From assembly GCA_049522195.1 (NCBI GenBank), contig JBEKOB010000011.1, positions 6 to 64,005 of the forward strand: a DNA stretch of 64,000 bases. The letters run 5' to 3'. The first letter of the stretch is position 1, and every line of letters begins with the position of its first letter. A program made the translations under genes and the position numbers. Positions 1 to 8,862 of the stretch are shown here, one piece after another. This DNA is from Bacteroidota bacterium. GTDB taxonomy: Bacteria > Bacteroidota > Ignavibacteria > UBA10030. The notes under the pieces were generated by a model. It worked only from the letters and a program-made list of their open reading frames with translations, made no database searches and was not told where the DNA came from.

Positions 1-50
1 AGATTTCGTATTTGTTTCGTATTTCGTGCTTTGCATTTCGGATTTCAACA
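1..50. repeat. Heptad-register T-rich tandem repeat (TTCGnnn/TTTGnnn units), cut by the window edge
   Basis: Read directly. From nt 16 the units TTCGTAT TTCGTGC TTTGCAT TTCGGAT TTCAACA are in exact 7-nt register. GATTTCG and TATTTGT precede them with a phase slip. The array lies directly 5' of the xdhB-like start. Confidence 0.6.
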
Positions 51-83
51 AGAGGACTCTTAGGCTTTTCAGGAAAAGGGACC

Positions 84-2423
84 ATGCATCAACAGATTCC
101 ACACGAAAGTGCAGCGCTTCACGTTTCGGGTGAAGCACTGTACATCGACGACATCCCATCGAGCCCGACCACATTGATCGGGCGGGTCCTCTACAGTCCC
201 CATGCTCACGCCCGCATCGTTTCGTACGATCTCTCGAAGGCGAAAACCGTCCCAGGTGTTATTGCTGTGCTTTCGGCGAAGGATATACCGGGGCACAACG
301 AAATGGGGCCCGTGGTGAAGGACGAACCTTGCCTCGCGGACGGCGTCGTGACGTTTGTCGGACAGGCGGTCTTTTTGATTGCAGCAAAGACGGATGCCGA
401 TTGCCGTGCAGCAGAAAAACTCATTGAGGTCAAATACGAACCGCTGAAAACCATCCTCAGCATCGAAGACGCCATTGCTGCGAACAATATTCTCGGTCCC
501 GAACGAACGATGCAACGGGGAGATGCCAGGGATGCTCTTCGTTCAGCTCCGCATGTAGTGCATGGAGAAATCAAGACAGGCGCAGCCGAGCATTGGTATC
601 TGGAATCCCAAGCCTCCTTGTCCATGCCAGGTGAAGGGAATGAGATGGCTGTCTATTGCGGTTCACAGAATCCATCAGAGACACAAACGCTCGTTGCAGA
701 AGTGCTTGGAGTGAAAAAGAAGGATGTTCTGGTGGAGGTCCGGCGCATCGGAGGAGCGTTTGGTGGCAAGGAGACACAGGGAAACCACGTCGCATGCTGG
801 AGCGCTCTCCTCGCTCACGCAACCCGCTGTCCGGTCAAGATCCGCCTCTTCCGTGATGATGACATGATTATGACGGGCAAACGTCACCGATTCCTGACCC
901 GCTATGAAGCAGGATTTGATGATGACGGGAAGCTGCTGGCAGTCAGATTCGAGCTCAACAGCGACGCGGGAGCAGCAACGGATTTGTCGTTTGCGATTAT
1001 GGAACGGGCGATGTTCCATTGCGATAATGCATACTATGTTCCGCATATGACTGTCGTGGCGCGCGTCTGGAAGACCAATCTTCCTTCCAACACAGCATTC
1101 CGCGGCTTCGGCGGTCCGCAGGGGATGGCCGCCATGGAAACGATTATCGACCGCATTGCCAGATTCCTGCACAAGGACGCAGCAGAGATCCGGAAGATAA
1201 ACTTCTACGGCCTCGAAGCAAACAACGTGACACACTACGGCCAGAATGTGGAAAACAACAGACTGCACCTGATGTTCGATCAGTTGATGCAGTCATCGGA
1301 GTACGCAGCGCGTCGCAACGCCGTGACAGAATTCAATGCATCACACGAATTCTATAAAAGGGGGATCGCCCTTACTCCGGTGAAATTCGGTATTTCCTTT
1401 ACCACGACGTTCCTGAATCAGGCCGGTGCCCTCGTCATCATCTATAATGACGGGACCGTCCTCGTCAATCATGGTGGCATCGAGATGGGGCAGGGACTAC
1501 ACACGAAGATGCAGCAGATCGCCGCGGCGGAACTGGGGATCAGCATCGACCGCGTGCGCGTGAATGCGACTAATACTTCTAAGGTTCCGAACACGTCTGC
1601 CACAGCAGCGTCCTCAGGAACAGACATGAATGGCGCCGCAGTGAGGAACGCTATCGGTATCCTGAAAGAGCGCATTGCCGAAGGGGTCGCTTCGATCTTC
1701 AATGAAAAACGCCCGACGGTCCCAACGTCGATAGACGATATTCAGTTCGACCATGACACGATCTTCGACGTCAAGCATCTGGAACGCCGGATTGGATTTG
1801 CGGAGGCGATGCCGCAAATGGTCCTGCGTCGCATCAGCCTCAGCTCGACAGGATACTTTCGCACGCCGGGCATCGGATGGGACAAGGCCAAGGGAGTGGG
1901 GACGCCGTTCCGCTACTACGCCTTCGCCATGGCGGCGTCGGAAGTACTCGTGGACACGTTGACGGGCGGTGTGACGCTTCTCCGTACAGATATTCTTCAC
2001 GACGCGGGAGATTCAATCAACCCGGCGATTGACATCGGACAGATTGAGGGGGGCTACATTCAAGGAGTCGGCTGGTGCACGACAGAGGAAATCAAGTGGG
2101 ATCGTGATGGAAATCTGATGACGCATTCGCCCGACACCTACAAGATCCCTACAGCGAAGGACATACCGGGCGATTTCCGTGTCAAGCTGCTGGAGAATGC
2201 GGCGAATCCGAATGCTATTCATGGAAGCAAGACCGTCGCCGAGCCGCCGTTCATGCTCAGCCTCTCCGCATGGCTCGCGATCAAAGATGCCGTTTCGGCT
2301 GTTGGTTGTCATGAGACTGAACCTGAATTCTCGCTTCCCGCTACCAATGAAGTAATACTCCTTTCCATTGAGAAACTGAGAACGCTGACGAAAGAAAGCG
2401 CATCCGGGAAGGTGCCTATATGA
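84..2423 (+). CDS. xdhB: Xanthine dehydrogenase-type molybdopterin-binding large subunit (XdhB-like)
   Basis: ORF 12..2423 trimmed to ATG 84, which follows AGGAAAAGGG. The N-terminus is PHESAALHVSGEALYIDD. The blocks GGAFGGKET, AFRGFGGPQG and VAEPPF match the Glu/Arg/Glu active-site blocks of xanthine oxidoreductases. Confidence 0.85.
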   Translation: MHQQIPHESAALHVSGEALYIDDIPSSPTTLIGRVLYSPHAHARIVSYDLSKAKTVPGVIAVLSAKDIPGHNEMGPVVKDEPCLADGVVTFVGQAVFLIAAKTDADCRAAEKLIEVKYEPLKTILSIEDAIAANNILGPERTMQRGDARDALRSAPHVVHGEIKTGAAEHWYLESQASLSMPGEGNEMAVYCGSQNPSETQTLVAEVLGVKKKDVLVEVRRIGGAFGGKETQGNHVACWSALLAHATRCPVKIRLFRDDDMIMTGKRHRFLTRYEAGFDDDGKLLAVRFELNSDAGAATDLSFAIMERAMFHCDNAYYVPHMTVVARVWKTNLPSNTAFRGFGGPQGMAAMETIIDRIARFLHKDAAEIRKINFYGLEANNVTHYGQNVENNRLHLMFDQLMQSSEYAARRNAVTEFNASHEFYKRGIALTPVKFGISFTTTFLNQAGALVIIYNDGTVLVNHGGIEMGQGLHTKMQQIAAAELGISIDRVRVNATNTSKVPNTSATAASSGTDMNGAAVRNAIGILKERIAEGVASIFNEKRPTVPTSIDDIQFDHDTIFDVKHLERRIGFAEAMPQMVLRRISLSSTGYFRTPGIGWDKAKGVGTPFRYYAFAMAASEVLVDTLTGGVTLLRTDILHDAGDSINPAIDIGQIEGGYIQGVGWCTTEEIKWDRDGNLMTHSPDTYKIPTAKDIPGDFRVKLLENAANPNAIHGSKTVAEPPFMLSLSAWLAIKDAVSAVGCHETEPEFSLPATNEVILLSIEKLRTLTKESASGKVPI

Positions 2424-3673
2424 AATTGTCCGGTGATTCCTTCGTGGTTGGTCTTCGCTGTCTCGTTTGTGGTACTGAGTATGAAAATGGAAACCTTCAT
2501 ACGTGTCCGCGGTGCGGCATTCAGGGTATCCTCGATGTGAAATATGATTATGATAAAGCCGGACAAACGCTGACGTCGTCCGCTCTGCGTTCTCGTCCCT
2601 TCGACCATTGGCGGTACCGCGAACTGCTTCCGATCTCTCCGCAATCACCGGTTCCGTATCTGCAGGTTGGCTGGACTCCGGTCTACGACGTCCCACGCCT
2701 GGCGGTTGCCCTCGGGATGAAGAAGCTGTTCTTGAAGGATGACGGAAGAAATCCTACGAGTTCGTTCAAAGATCGGGCGAGCTCTGTGGGTGTGGTGAAA
2801 GCTCAGGAGTTTGGCTTCAAGACGATTGCGTGTGCATCGACCGGAAATGCTGCCTCCTCGCTTGCGGGCATGGCGGCGGCCAGTGGGCTTCGCAGTGTCA
2901 TCTTCGTACCACAACGGGCCCCCGAGCCGAAGGTTACACAACTGCTGATCTTCGGGGCTACGGTTGTGCGTGTGAAGGGGACATACGAGAACGCCTTCGA
3001 TCTTTGCCGGGAAGCGTGCCAGAAGTTCGGTTGGTACGACCGGAACAGCGGGACGAATCCTTTTCTCGTGGAAGGAAAGAAGACTGCGGGGTTGGAGATT
3101 GCTGAACAATTTGGCGCCACGATTCCGGATTGGGTTGTGGTCTCTGTCGGCGACGGCTGCACCATTGGAGGTATCGGCAAAGGGCTTGAGGAGATGAAAC
3201 GATTGGGCTTTATCGACCGCGTTCCGAGATTGCTTGGGGTCCAGGCAGAAGGTGCGCGGCCATTGCTCAATGCGTTTCGCAGCGGCAAAGACCTCTCACC
3301 GACCTCCGCGGATACCATTGCAGACAGCATCGCAGTCGGCACGCCGCGCAACTGGCGCCGGGCCATTCAACAGATCAAAGCATCGCGCGGTGACATGATC
3401 GCTGTTTCCGATGATGAGATTCTTGAAGCAATGCGCCTTACGGCGAAGCTCGGAGGAATTTTCGGCGAACCTGCAGGCGTGGCAGGTGTTGCCGGATTGA
3501 AAAAAGCGATCACCGATCGAATTGTGCCTGGAGATGATTCCGCGGTCGTTGTCATTACTGGCAATGGACTGAAGGACATTCAGTCTGCGAAGCGCACAGC
3601 CGTCGAAGCGCTTGAAATTGAGCCCGATTTTAGAGTTCTTGAAAAACATTTGTCCGACCGTTCCCTCATCTGA
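2420..3673 (+). CDS. Threonine-synthase-like fold-type-II PLP enzyme with N-terminal Cys4 zinc ribbon
   Basis: Zinc ribbon CLVCGTEYENGNLHTCPRCG. PLP-lysine block NPTSSFKDRASS. ASTGNAASS loop. ATG 2420 overlaps the xdhB-like stop (ATGA). Confidence 0.75.
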   Translation: MKLSGDSFVVGLRCLVCGTEYENGNLHTCPRCGIQGILDVKYDYDKAGQTLTSSALRSRPFDHWRYRELLPISPQSPVPYLQVGWTPVYDVPRLAVALGMKKLFLKDDGRNPTSSFKDRASSVGVVKAQEFGFKTIACASTGNAASSLAGMAAASGLRSVIFVPQRAPEPKVTQLLIFGATVVRVKGTYENAFDLCREACQKFGWYDRNSGTNPFLVEGKKTAGLEIAEQFGATIPDWVVVSVGDGCTIGGIGKGLEEMKRLGFIDRVPRLLGVQAEGARPLLNAFRSGKDLSPTSADTIADSIAVGTPRNWRRAIQQIKASRGDMIAVSDDEILEAMRLTAKLGGIFGEPAGVAGVAGLKKAITDRIVPGDDSAVVVITGNGLKDIQSAKRTAVEALEIEPDFRVLEKHLSDRSLI

Positions 3674-3684
3674 ATGCACCGAAC

Positions 3685-4986
3685 ATGAGTCTCCTATTAA
3701 AGAACGCGACCGCAGTCATCCTGGCACCACCGTCGATCGAAGCATGTGATATACGAATCGAAGAAGGCGAAATCGTTGATCGTGCTGCGCGGTTAAGACC
3801 AAAGCGGGACGATGATGTCGTTGATCTGAAGGGTTGGATTGTGATGCCGGGGTTTGTCTGTTCTCATACCCACCTCTACTCAGCGCTCTCCAGGGGCATG
3901 CCTGCACCCAAATCTTCTCCCAGGAATTTCGTCGAGATCCTGCAGAAGGTTTGGTGGAAGCTTGACGAATCGCTGGATGAGGAGTCAATCTACTACAGCG
4001 CACTTGCCGGCGCGATCGAATCGGTGAAGCTCGGTACGACAACGCTGATCGATCATCACGCGTCTCCGAATTTCATCAGCGGCTCGCTCGACCTCATCAA
4101 ACACGCGATGTGCCAGGTCGGTCTACGCGGAGTCCTCTGCTACGAAACGACGGATCGTGGAGGAAGAAAACGGCGTGACCGGGGGTTGGAGGAAAATGAG
4201 CGCTTTGTGACGGAGAATGCAAGCAACGCGCACTTCCGCGGAACGATCGGTGGGCATGCTTCATTCACCCTGAGCGATGATTCGCTTGTGTGGCTGGGTG
4301 AACTGGCAGGCATGTACGACTGCGGTGTCCACATCCATGTGGCTGAAGACAAAGCCGATGTCATTGACTCGGAGAGAAATCACAAAAGAGATATTGTGGA
4401 CCGACTTAGAGACTTTGGCGTGCTCAGGAACAAATCAATTCTGGTGCATGGAGTCCATCTCTCAAAGAAACAGTTGTCGGTGGTGGAGAAAGCCGGCGCC
4501 TGGATGGTTCATAATCCTCGTTCAAACATGAACAACGCCGTGGGATATGCTCCGCTGAGCTGGTACGGCGCACATTCCGCTCTGGGGACTGATGGATTCC
4601 CATCAGACATGTTCGAGGAAGCAAAGTTCGGTTACTTCCGCAACGCAGAATCGGACCACCGAGCGGAGTTTTCACGCCTCCCAACAATGCTGCAGAACGG
4701 TCAACAGCTGGCGTCGGAATTCTTCGACAAGCCATTCGGCAAGCTGGAAAAGGGGAGTCCTGCGGATCTGATCGTCCTCGAGTATGCTTCACCCACACCA
4801 CTCACGTCACGCAACCTGCATGGTCACTTCCTGTTTGGAATGAACGCGACCATGATTCGGCACGTGGCTGTAAACGGCAATTGGATAGTCTGGAACAATC
4901 AGCTCGTCGGAATTGATGAGGATGCCGTGATGCACAAAGCGGCAGCAGTTGCGAAGAAGCTTTGGAGTCGAATGCATGGCAAGTAA
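3685..4986 (+). CDS. ssnA: SsnA-like amidohydrolase (chlorohydrolase/aminohydrolase superfamily)
   Basis: Metal-binding HxH block CSHTHLYSAL, plus HVAED, VHGVH and GTDGF blocks. It sits next to Mo-hydroxylase genes, as in the E. coli ssnA-ygfM-xdhD arrangement. Confidence 0.7.
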   Translation: MSLLLKNATAVILAPPSIEACDIRIEEGEIVDRAARLRPKRDDDVVDLKGWIVMPGFVCSHTHLYSALSRGMPAPKSSPRNFVEILQKVWWKLDESLDEESIYYSALAGAIESVKLGTTTLIDHHASPNFISGSLDLIKHAMCQVGLRGVLCYETTDRGGRKRRDRGLEENERFVTENASNAHFRGTIGGHASFTLSDDSLVWLGELAGMYDCGVHIHVAEDKADVIDSERNHKRDIVDRLRDFGVLRNKSILVHGVHLSKKQLSVVEKAGAWMVHNPRSNMNNAVGYAPLSWYGAHSALGTDGFPSDMFEEAKFGYFRNAESDHRAEFSRLPTMLQNGQQLASEFFDKPFGKLEKGSPADLIVLEYASPTPLTSRNLHGHFLFGMNATMIRHVAVNGNWIVWNNQLVGIDEDAVMHKAAAVAKKLWSRMHGK

Positions 4987-7339
4987 GCACAAAATCATCG
5001 GCAAATCTGAACGTCGTGTTGATTCCTGGGGGAAAGTGACAGGAAGGGCGAAGTTTGCCGAGGACTATTCGGTTGGACACCAGTTGTGGGGAAAGGTGCT
5101 TCGCTCGAAGTATCCTCACGCCCTCATCCGCTCCGTCGATGTGTCTGCAGCGTCAAAGCTTTCCGGCGTTGAAGCAGTCCTTACAGCGAAGGATATCCCC
5201 GGAAGCAAGGTCTTTGGGATAGTCCTGAAGAACCAGCAAATTCTTGCAGAGGATCGGGTTCGCTATCTTGGCGATGGAGTCGCGCTGGTAGCGGCAAGAA
5301 CGAAAGAAGTTGCTGAGCAGGCACTGGCGCTTATTCGCGTTGAGTATGAGCCGCTCCCCGTCGTCTCTGATCCGGAAGAGGCGATGAAACCGGACGCACC
5401 TATTCTGCACGGCGAGAAAAATGAGTTTGTTCATCACAAAGTCCGTAAAGGGGACATCGCAAAGGGGTTTGCACAATCCGACTTCATTCTGGAGCGGAAA
5501 TTCAAAACGCAGTTCGTCGAGCATTCCTATATCGAACCCGAAGCTGTTCTCGCTGAGCCCGCGGAGCAAGGGGGCGTAAAGATCACAGGGTCGGTGCAAA
5601 ATCTCTTCTCCAGTCGCCGGTCGGTGGCAGATGCACTGAACATTTCCCTCAATCGTGTTCAGATTGTGCAATCAACCCTCGGCGGATCGTTTGGCGGGAA
5701 GGATGAAGTAATGACGTCGATGTGCTGCCGCGCAGCGCTTCTGGCGATCAAGACCGGCAAGCCGGTGAAAATAGTGAACACGCGTGAAGAGTCGATGCTG
5801 GAAAGCTACAAGCGTCACCCCTACGTGCTCTATTATAAGTGGGGAGCGAAAAAGGACGGGACGATTACCGCGATGGAGATTCGTTGCATCGCCGATGGCG
5901 GTGCATATTCGTCCATGAGTTCGTTCGTCACCTGGCGTTCGGTGGTTCAGGCAACAGGTCCGTATTATTGCGAGAACGTCCAAACGGATGTTTACGCCGC
6001 GTATACCAACAATAACTATACAGGGGCGATGCGCGGCTTCGGCTCACCGCAGGTCAATTTCGCCATCGAGTCGATGATCGATGAGCTCGCACAGGAAGTC
6101 GGAATGTCGCCTCTCGAAATCCGGATGAAAAACGGCTTTGAGGGGGGAGCTGTGACAGCAACAGGACAGCAGCTCACACACACGGTGAGCCTCAAAGAAG
6201 TGCTCACGAAAGCAGTCGATGCCATCGATTTCGAGAAGAAGTGGAAATTATATCGTGATGTGAAGGAAGGCGAAAAGAAACGCGGTGTTGGCCTGGCTTG
6301 CAGCTACCGCGGCGTTTCTCTCGGTGCCGAAGGGACCGATGCAGCAGAGACCATCGTCTCTGTTCAGACTGACGGAAGCGTGATTGTCTCATCCGGCGTC
6401 ACGGACATGGGGCAGGGGGCGCAGACGCAGATGTCGCAGATTGCGGCTGAGGTGCTGGGCATTTCGATGAACCGCATTCAATTCTTGAATACCAACACCA
6501 GCCGCGTAGCCGATTCAGGTCCGACCGTCGCTTCCCGCGGAACAATTATGGGAGGATCAGCGGCAAAGAACGCAGCAGAGAAAGTCAGAGCTACGTTGCT
6601 CGAGGTCGGCTCGGAGATGACAGGCGTCGATGTCGGTGCGCTTGACCTGGAAGACAATTATCTCGTGGACACAAGCAAGCGCGAGCGGCTGGCGTCGTTC
6701 GCCGAGCTTGCGACCGCTTGCTTCGACAAGGGAAAACCGATTATCGGACTTGGCTGGCATAAGTCGCCACCGACCTCCTGGCACGAAGAAGAAGGTCACG
6801 GGGAAGCCTACTTCACTTTTGTGTATGGCACAAACGCAGCAGAAGTGGAAGTGGATACCGAAACCGGAAAAGTCGATGTAATCGATTTTGTGTCGGTCCA
6901 TGACGTCGGCAAAGCTATCAATCGTGGGATGGTCGTCGGTCAGATGTGCGGTGGCGTTGCGATGGGACTTGGGTACGGCTTGCTGGAAGAGTTTGAGATC
7001 GAGGACGCTCTCCCCAAACAATTGAACTTTGACGAGTATTTGATCCCAACATCGATGGATGTCCCACGGATCAAGACGATCATTGTGGAAAACGAAGATC
7101 CGATGGGGCCATTCGGCGCAAAGTCTGTTGGCGAGCCGACGAATGAACTTGCCGCACCGGCAATCGTGAACGCGATCACGAACGCGACCGGAAAAAGGAT
7201 CTATGAACTGCCAGCGAACCTTGAACGGGTTCTGCTTGGTCACAAACTGACTCGCCACGGGAAACGCGGGTCGGATCAGAAAAACTCAATCGACGCAATG
7301 GTGGTTGATTCGTGCAAGATCCGTGGGGGGAATGTATGA
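4976..7339 (+). CDS. Xanthine dehydrogenase/aldehyde oxidase family molybdopterin-binding subunit (second hydroxylase, L subunit)
   Basis: ORF 4949..7339 trimmed to ATG 4976 (MASKHKIIGKSERRVD...). Hammerhead N-terminus GKVTGRAKFAEDY. Blocks GGSFGGKD, AMRGFGSPQ and SVGEPT. Overlaps the ssnA-like 3' end by 11 nt. Confidence 0.85.
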   Translation: MASKHKIIGKSERRVDSWGKVTGRAKFAEDYSVGHQLWGKVLRSKYPHALIRSVDVSAASKLSGVEAVLTAKDIPGSKVFGIVLKNQQILAEDRVRYLGDGVALVAARTKEVAEQALALIRVEYEPLPVVSDPEEAMKPDAPILHGEKNEFVHHKVRKGDIAKGFAQSDFILERKFKTQFVEHSYIEPEAVLAEPAEQGGVKITGSVQNLFSSRRSVADALNISLNRVQIVQSTLGGSFGGKDEVMTSMCCRAALLAIKTGKPVKIVNTREESMLESYKRHPYVLYYKWGAKKDGTITAMEIRCIADGGAYSSMSSFVTWRSVVQATGPYYCENVQTDVYAAYTNNNYTGAMRGFGSPQVNFAIESMIDELAQEVGMSPLEIRMKNGFEGGAVTATGQQLTHTVSLKEVLTKAVDAIDFEKKWKLYRDVKEGEKKRGVGLACSYRGVSLGAEGTDAAETIVSVQTDGSVIVSSGVTDMGQGAQTQMSQIAAEVLGISMNRIQFLNTNTSRVADSGPTVASRGTIMGGSAAKNAAEKVRATLLEVGSEMTGVDVGALDLEDNYLVDTSKRERLASFAELATACFDKGKPIIGLGWHKSPPTSWHEEEGHGEAYFTFVYGTNAAEVEVDTETGKVDVIDFVSVHDVGKAINRGMVVGQMCGGVAMGLGYGLLEEFEIEDALPKQLNFDEYLIPTSMDVPRIKTIIVENEDPMGPFGAKSVGEPTNELAAPAIVNAITNATGKRIYELPANLERVLLGHKLTRHGKRGSDQKNSIDAMVVDSCKIRGGNV

Positions 7340-8193
7340 AGCCTTTCGAGTATTACTCCCCTCAATCAATCGCAGAGAGCTGCACTCTTCTGGGACAACT
7401 TGGGAGTGGCGCAAAAATCCTTGCAGGTGGTACTGATGTCCTGATCGAGCTCCGGAAGTCAGGAGATGAAGTGGCCGGCTCAATCGTCGACATCTCCAGA
7501 ATTTCATCGCTGAGGGGAATTGAAGAATCCGGCGACACGATTGTCATCAAGCCGCTGACAACTCACACGGATATTCTCCAATCCGCTCTCATCGGCACCC
7601 ATGCGCCGTTGTTGAAAACCGCGGCCGCTGGCATCGGGTCGCCGCAAATTCGTAATCGGGGCACAGTCGGCGGCAACATCATGAATGCAGCTGCTTGCGC
7701 TGATACCGTTCCCCCTCTTATCGCTCTTGGAGCCAGAATCCGACTGCAATCCTCTGCAGGAGATCGTACAGTTGCGCTTTCGGATTTCTTCACAAAACCG
7801 TATGTCACCGCGGCACGACAAGGAGAGATCCTCGTTGAGATTCGATTCCCGAAACTCCCTCGAGATGCACGAAGCTCATTCATCAAGTTGGGACGCCGGA
7901 ATGCCCTGTCAATTTCCAGGCTCAGTGTCGCTGCGATATTGAAAACGGATCAGTCTGGATTGGTGACTGACGCGCGGATTGTGCCGGGCGCTGCACTGCC
8001 GACTTGGCACCGTGTGGCTGAAGCAGAGAACCTCCTGATCGGCCACGAACCTGCACGAGAGTTGTTCGTCGAGGCAGGAAAGAAAGTCTCCGAAGTCATG
8101 ATATCGTTTACCGGCAGGCGCTGGTCGACGGAGTACAAGGAACCGGTGATCGCCGTGCTCGTTCGGCGTGCGCTGGAAGCTTGTCGCTGGTAA
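7336..8193 (+). CDS. Mo-hydroxylase FAD-binding (medium) subunit, CoxM/YgfM-like
   Basis: ORF 7312..8193 trimmed to ATG 7336, which overlaps the upstream stop (ATGA). Blocks ILAGGTDVLIELR and NRGTVGGNI are typical of the CO-dehydrogenase flavoprotein fold. Confidence 0.8.
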   Translation: MKPFEYYSPQSIAESCTLLGQLGSGAKILAGGTDVLIELRKSGDEVAGSIVDISRISSLRGIEESGDTIVIKPLTTHTDILQSALIGTHAPLLKTAAAGIGSPQIRNRGTVGGNIMNAAACADTVPPLIALGARIRLQSSAGDRTVALSDFFTKPYVTAARQGEILVEIRFPKLPRDARSSFIKLGRRNALSISRLSVAAILKTDQSGLVTDARIVPGAALPTWHRVAEAENLLIGHEPARELFVEAGKKVSEVMISFTGRRWSTEYKEPVIAVLVRRALEACRW

Positions 8194-8222
8194 AGAGGCA
8201 AACCGCAAAGGACGCGCTTGTA

Positions 8223-8243
8223 AGGCGAAGTTTTACTTCGCCT
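8223..8243 (+). other. Intercistronic hairpin between the FAD- and FeS-subunit genes
   Basis: AGGCGAAG-TTTTA-CTTCGCCT, a perfect 8-bp stem with a 5-nt loop, read directly. No U-tract follows. Confidence 0.5.
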
Positions 8244-8266
8244 ACGACTATGGTAAGGATGGATTC

Positions 8267-8743
8267 ATGAAATTGGTTTCGATCAAGACAACCATCAATG
8301 GCAGAGATTACGATCTCGAAGTCCGTCCGAACATAACGCTTCTGGACCTGTTGAGGGACGAGCTCGGTCTCACCGGCACAAAACGGGGTTGCGAAATTGG
8401 CGAGTGTGGTGCGTGCACGGTGCTGCTGAATGATCAAGCGGTCAACTCATGTCTTGTCCTCGCTCCCCAGGTCCACGGCAAGGAAATCCTTACGGTAGAA
8501 GGACTGGCTGATGGCGAAAAGCTACATCCTCTTCAAGAATCCTTCCTCGACCACGACGCTGTCCACTGCGGTTTCTGCACTCCCGGCATGTTGATGAGCG
8601 CCAAAGAGCTGGTTGACCATTCTCCTAATCCTTCCGAACCGGAGATTCGCACCGCCATCTCAGGCAATCTTTGCCGGTGCAGTGGATATCAACAAATTGT
8701 TGATGCGATAAAAGAGGTCGGAGAAGTGAAGCGTGAAAAGTGA
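8267..8743 (+). CDS. Mo-hydroxylase [2Fe-2S] (small) subunit
   Basis: ORF 8168..8743 trimmed to ATG 8267, which follows AAGGATGG. Cysteine clusters CEIGECGACTV...C and CGFCTPG...CRCSGY. Confidence 0.85.
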   Translation: MKLVSIKTTINGRDYDLEVRPNITLLDLLRDELGLTGTKRGCEIGECGACTVLLNDQAVNSCLVLAPQVHGKEILTVEGLADGEKLHPLQESFLDHDAVHCGFCTPGMLMSAKELVDHSPNPSEPEIRTAISGNLCRCSGYQQIVDAIKEVGEVKREK

Positions 8744-8851
8744 ATAGTAAATAGTGAACGGTGAATTGTAAATCGAATACTTTGAAACTTTGAACCTGAA
8801 ACTCCAAACTCAAAACTGACAACTCCAAACCCAAAACTCTTACCTGAACCT
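8726..8851 (+). repeat. Array of 18 consecutive 7-nt units (GTGAAnn, then nnGAAAC/nnCAAAC) filling the FeS-subunit/preT-like spacer
   Basis: Read directly: GTGAAGC GTGAAAA GTGAATA GTAAATA GTGAACG GTGAATT GTAAATC GAATACT TTGAAAC TTTGAAC CTGAAAC TCCAAAC TCAAAAC TGACAAC TCCAAAC CCAAAAC TCTTACC TGAACCT. There is no phase break. Confidence 0.8.
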
Positions 8852-8862
8852 CCCCGGATGTT

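Noticed and set aside
12-83. N-terminal extensions of track ORFs: 12, 4949, 7312, 8168, 18467, 19817, 24370, 42295, 49356, 52756, 55690 and 58292 as starts.
   Set aside because: In each case an internal ATG or GTG has a Shine-Dalgarno-like purine run, an ATGA stop/start overlap or a proper signal peptide. The extra residues overlap the upstream gene or are non-homologous junk, so the starts were trimmed accordingly.
8726-8851. The heptamer array considered as a CRISPR array or as coding sequence.
   Set aside because: The period is 7 nt with no spacers and there are no cas genes. All frames contain stops on the + strand. The minus-strand ORFs crossing it (8625-9095, 8689-9129) merely translate the repeat.
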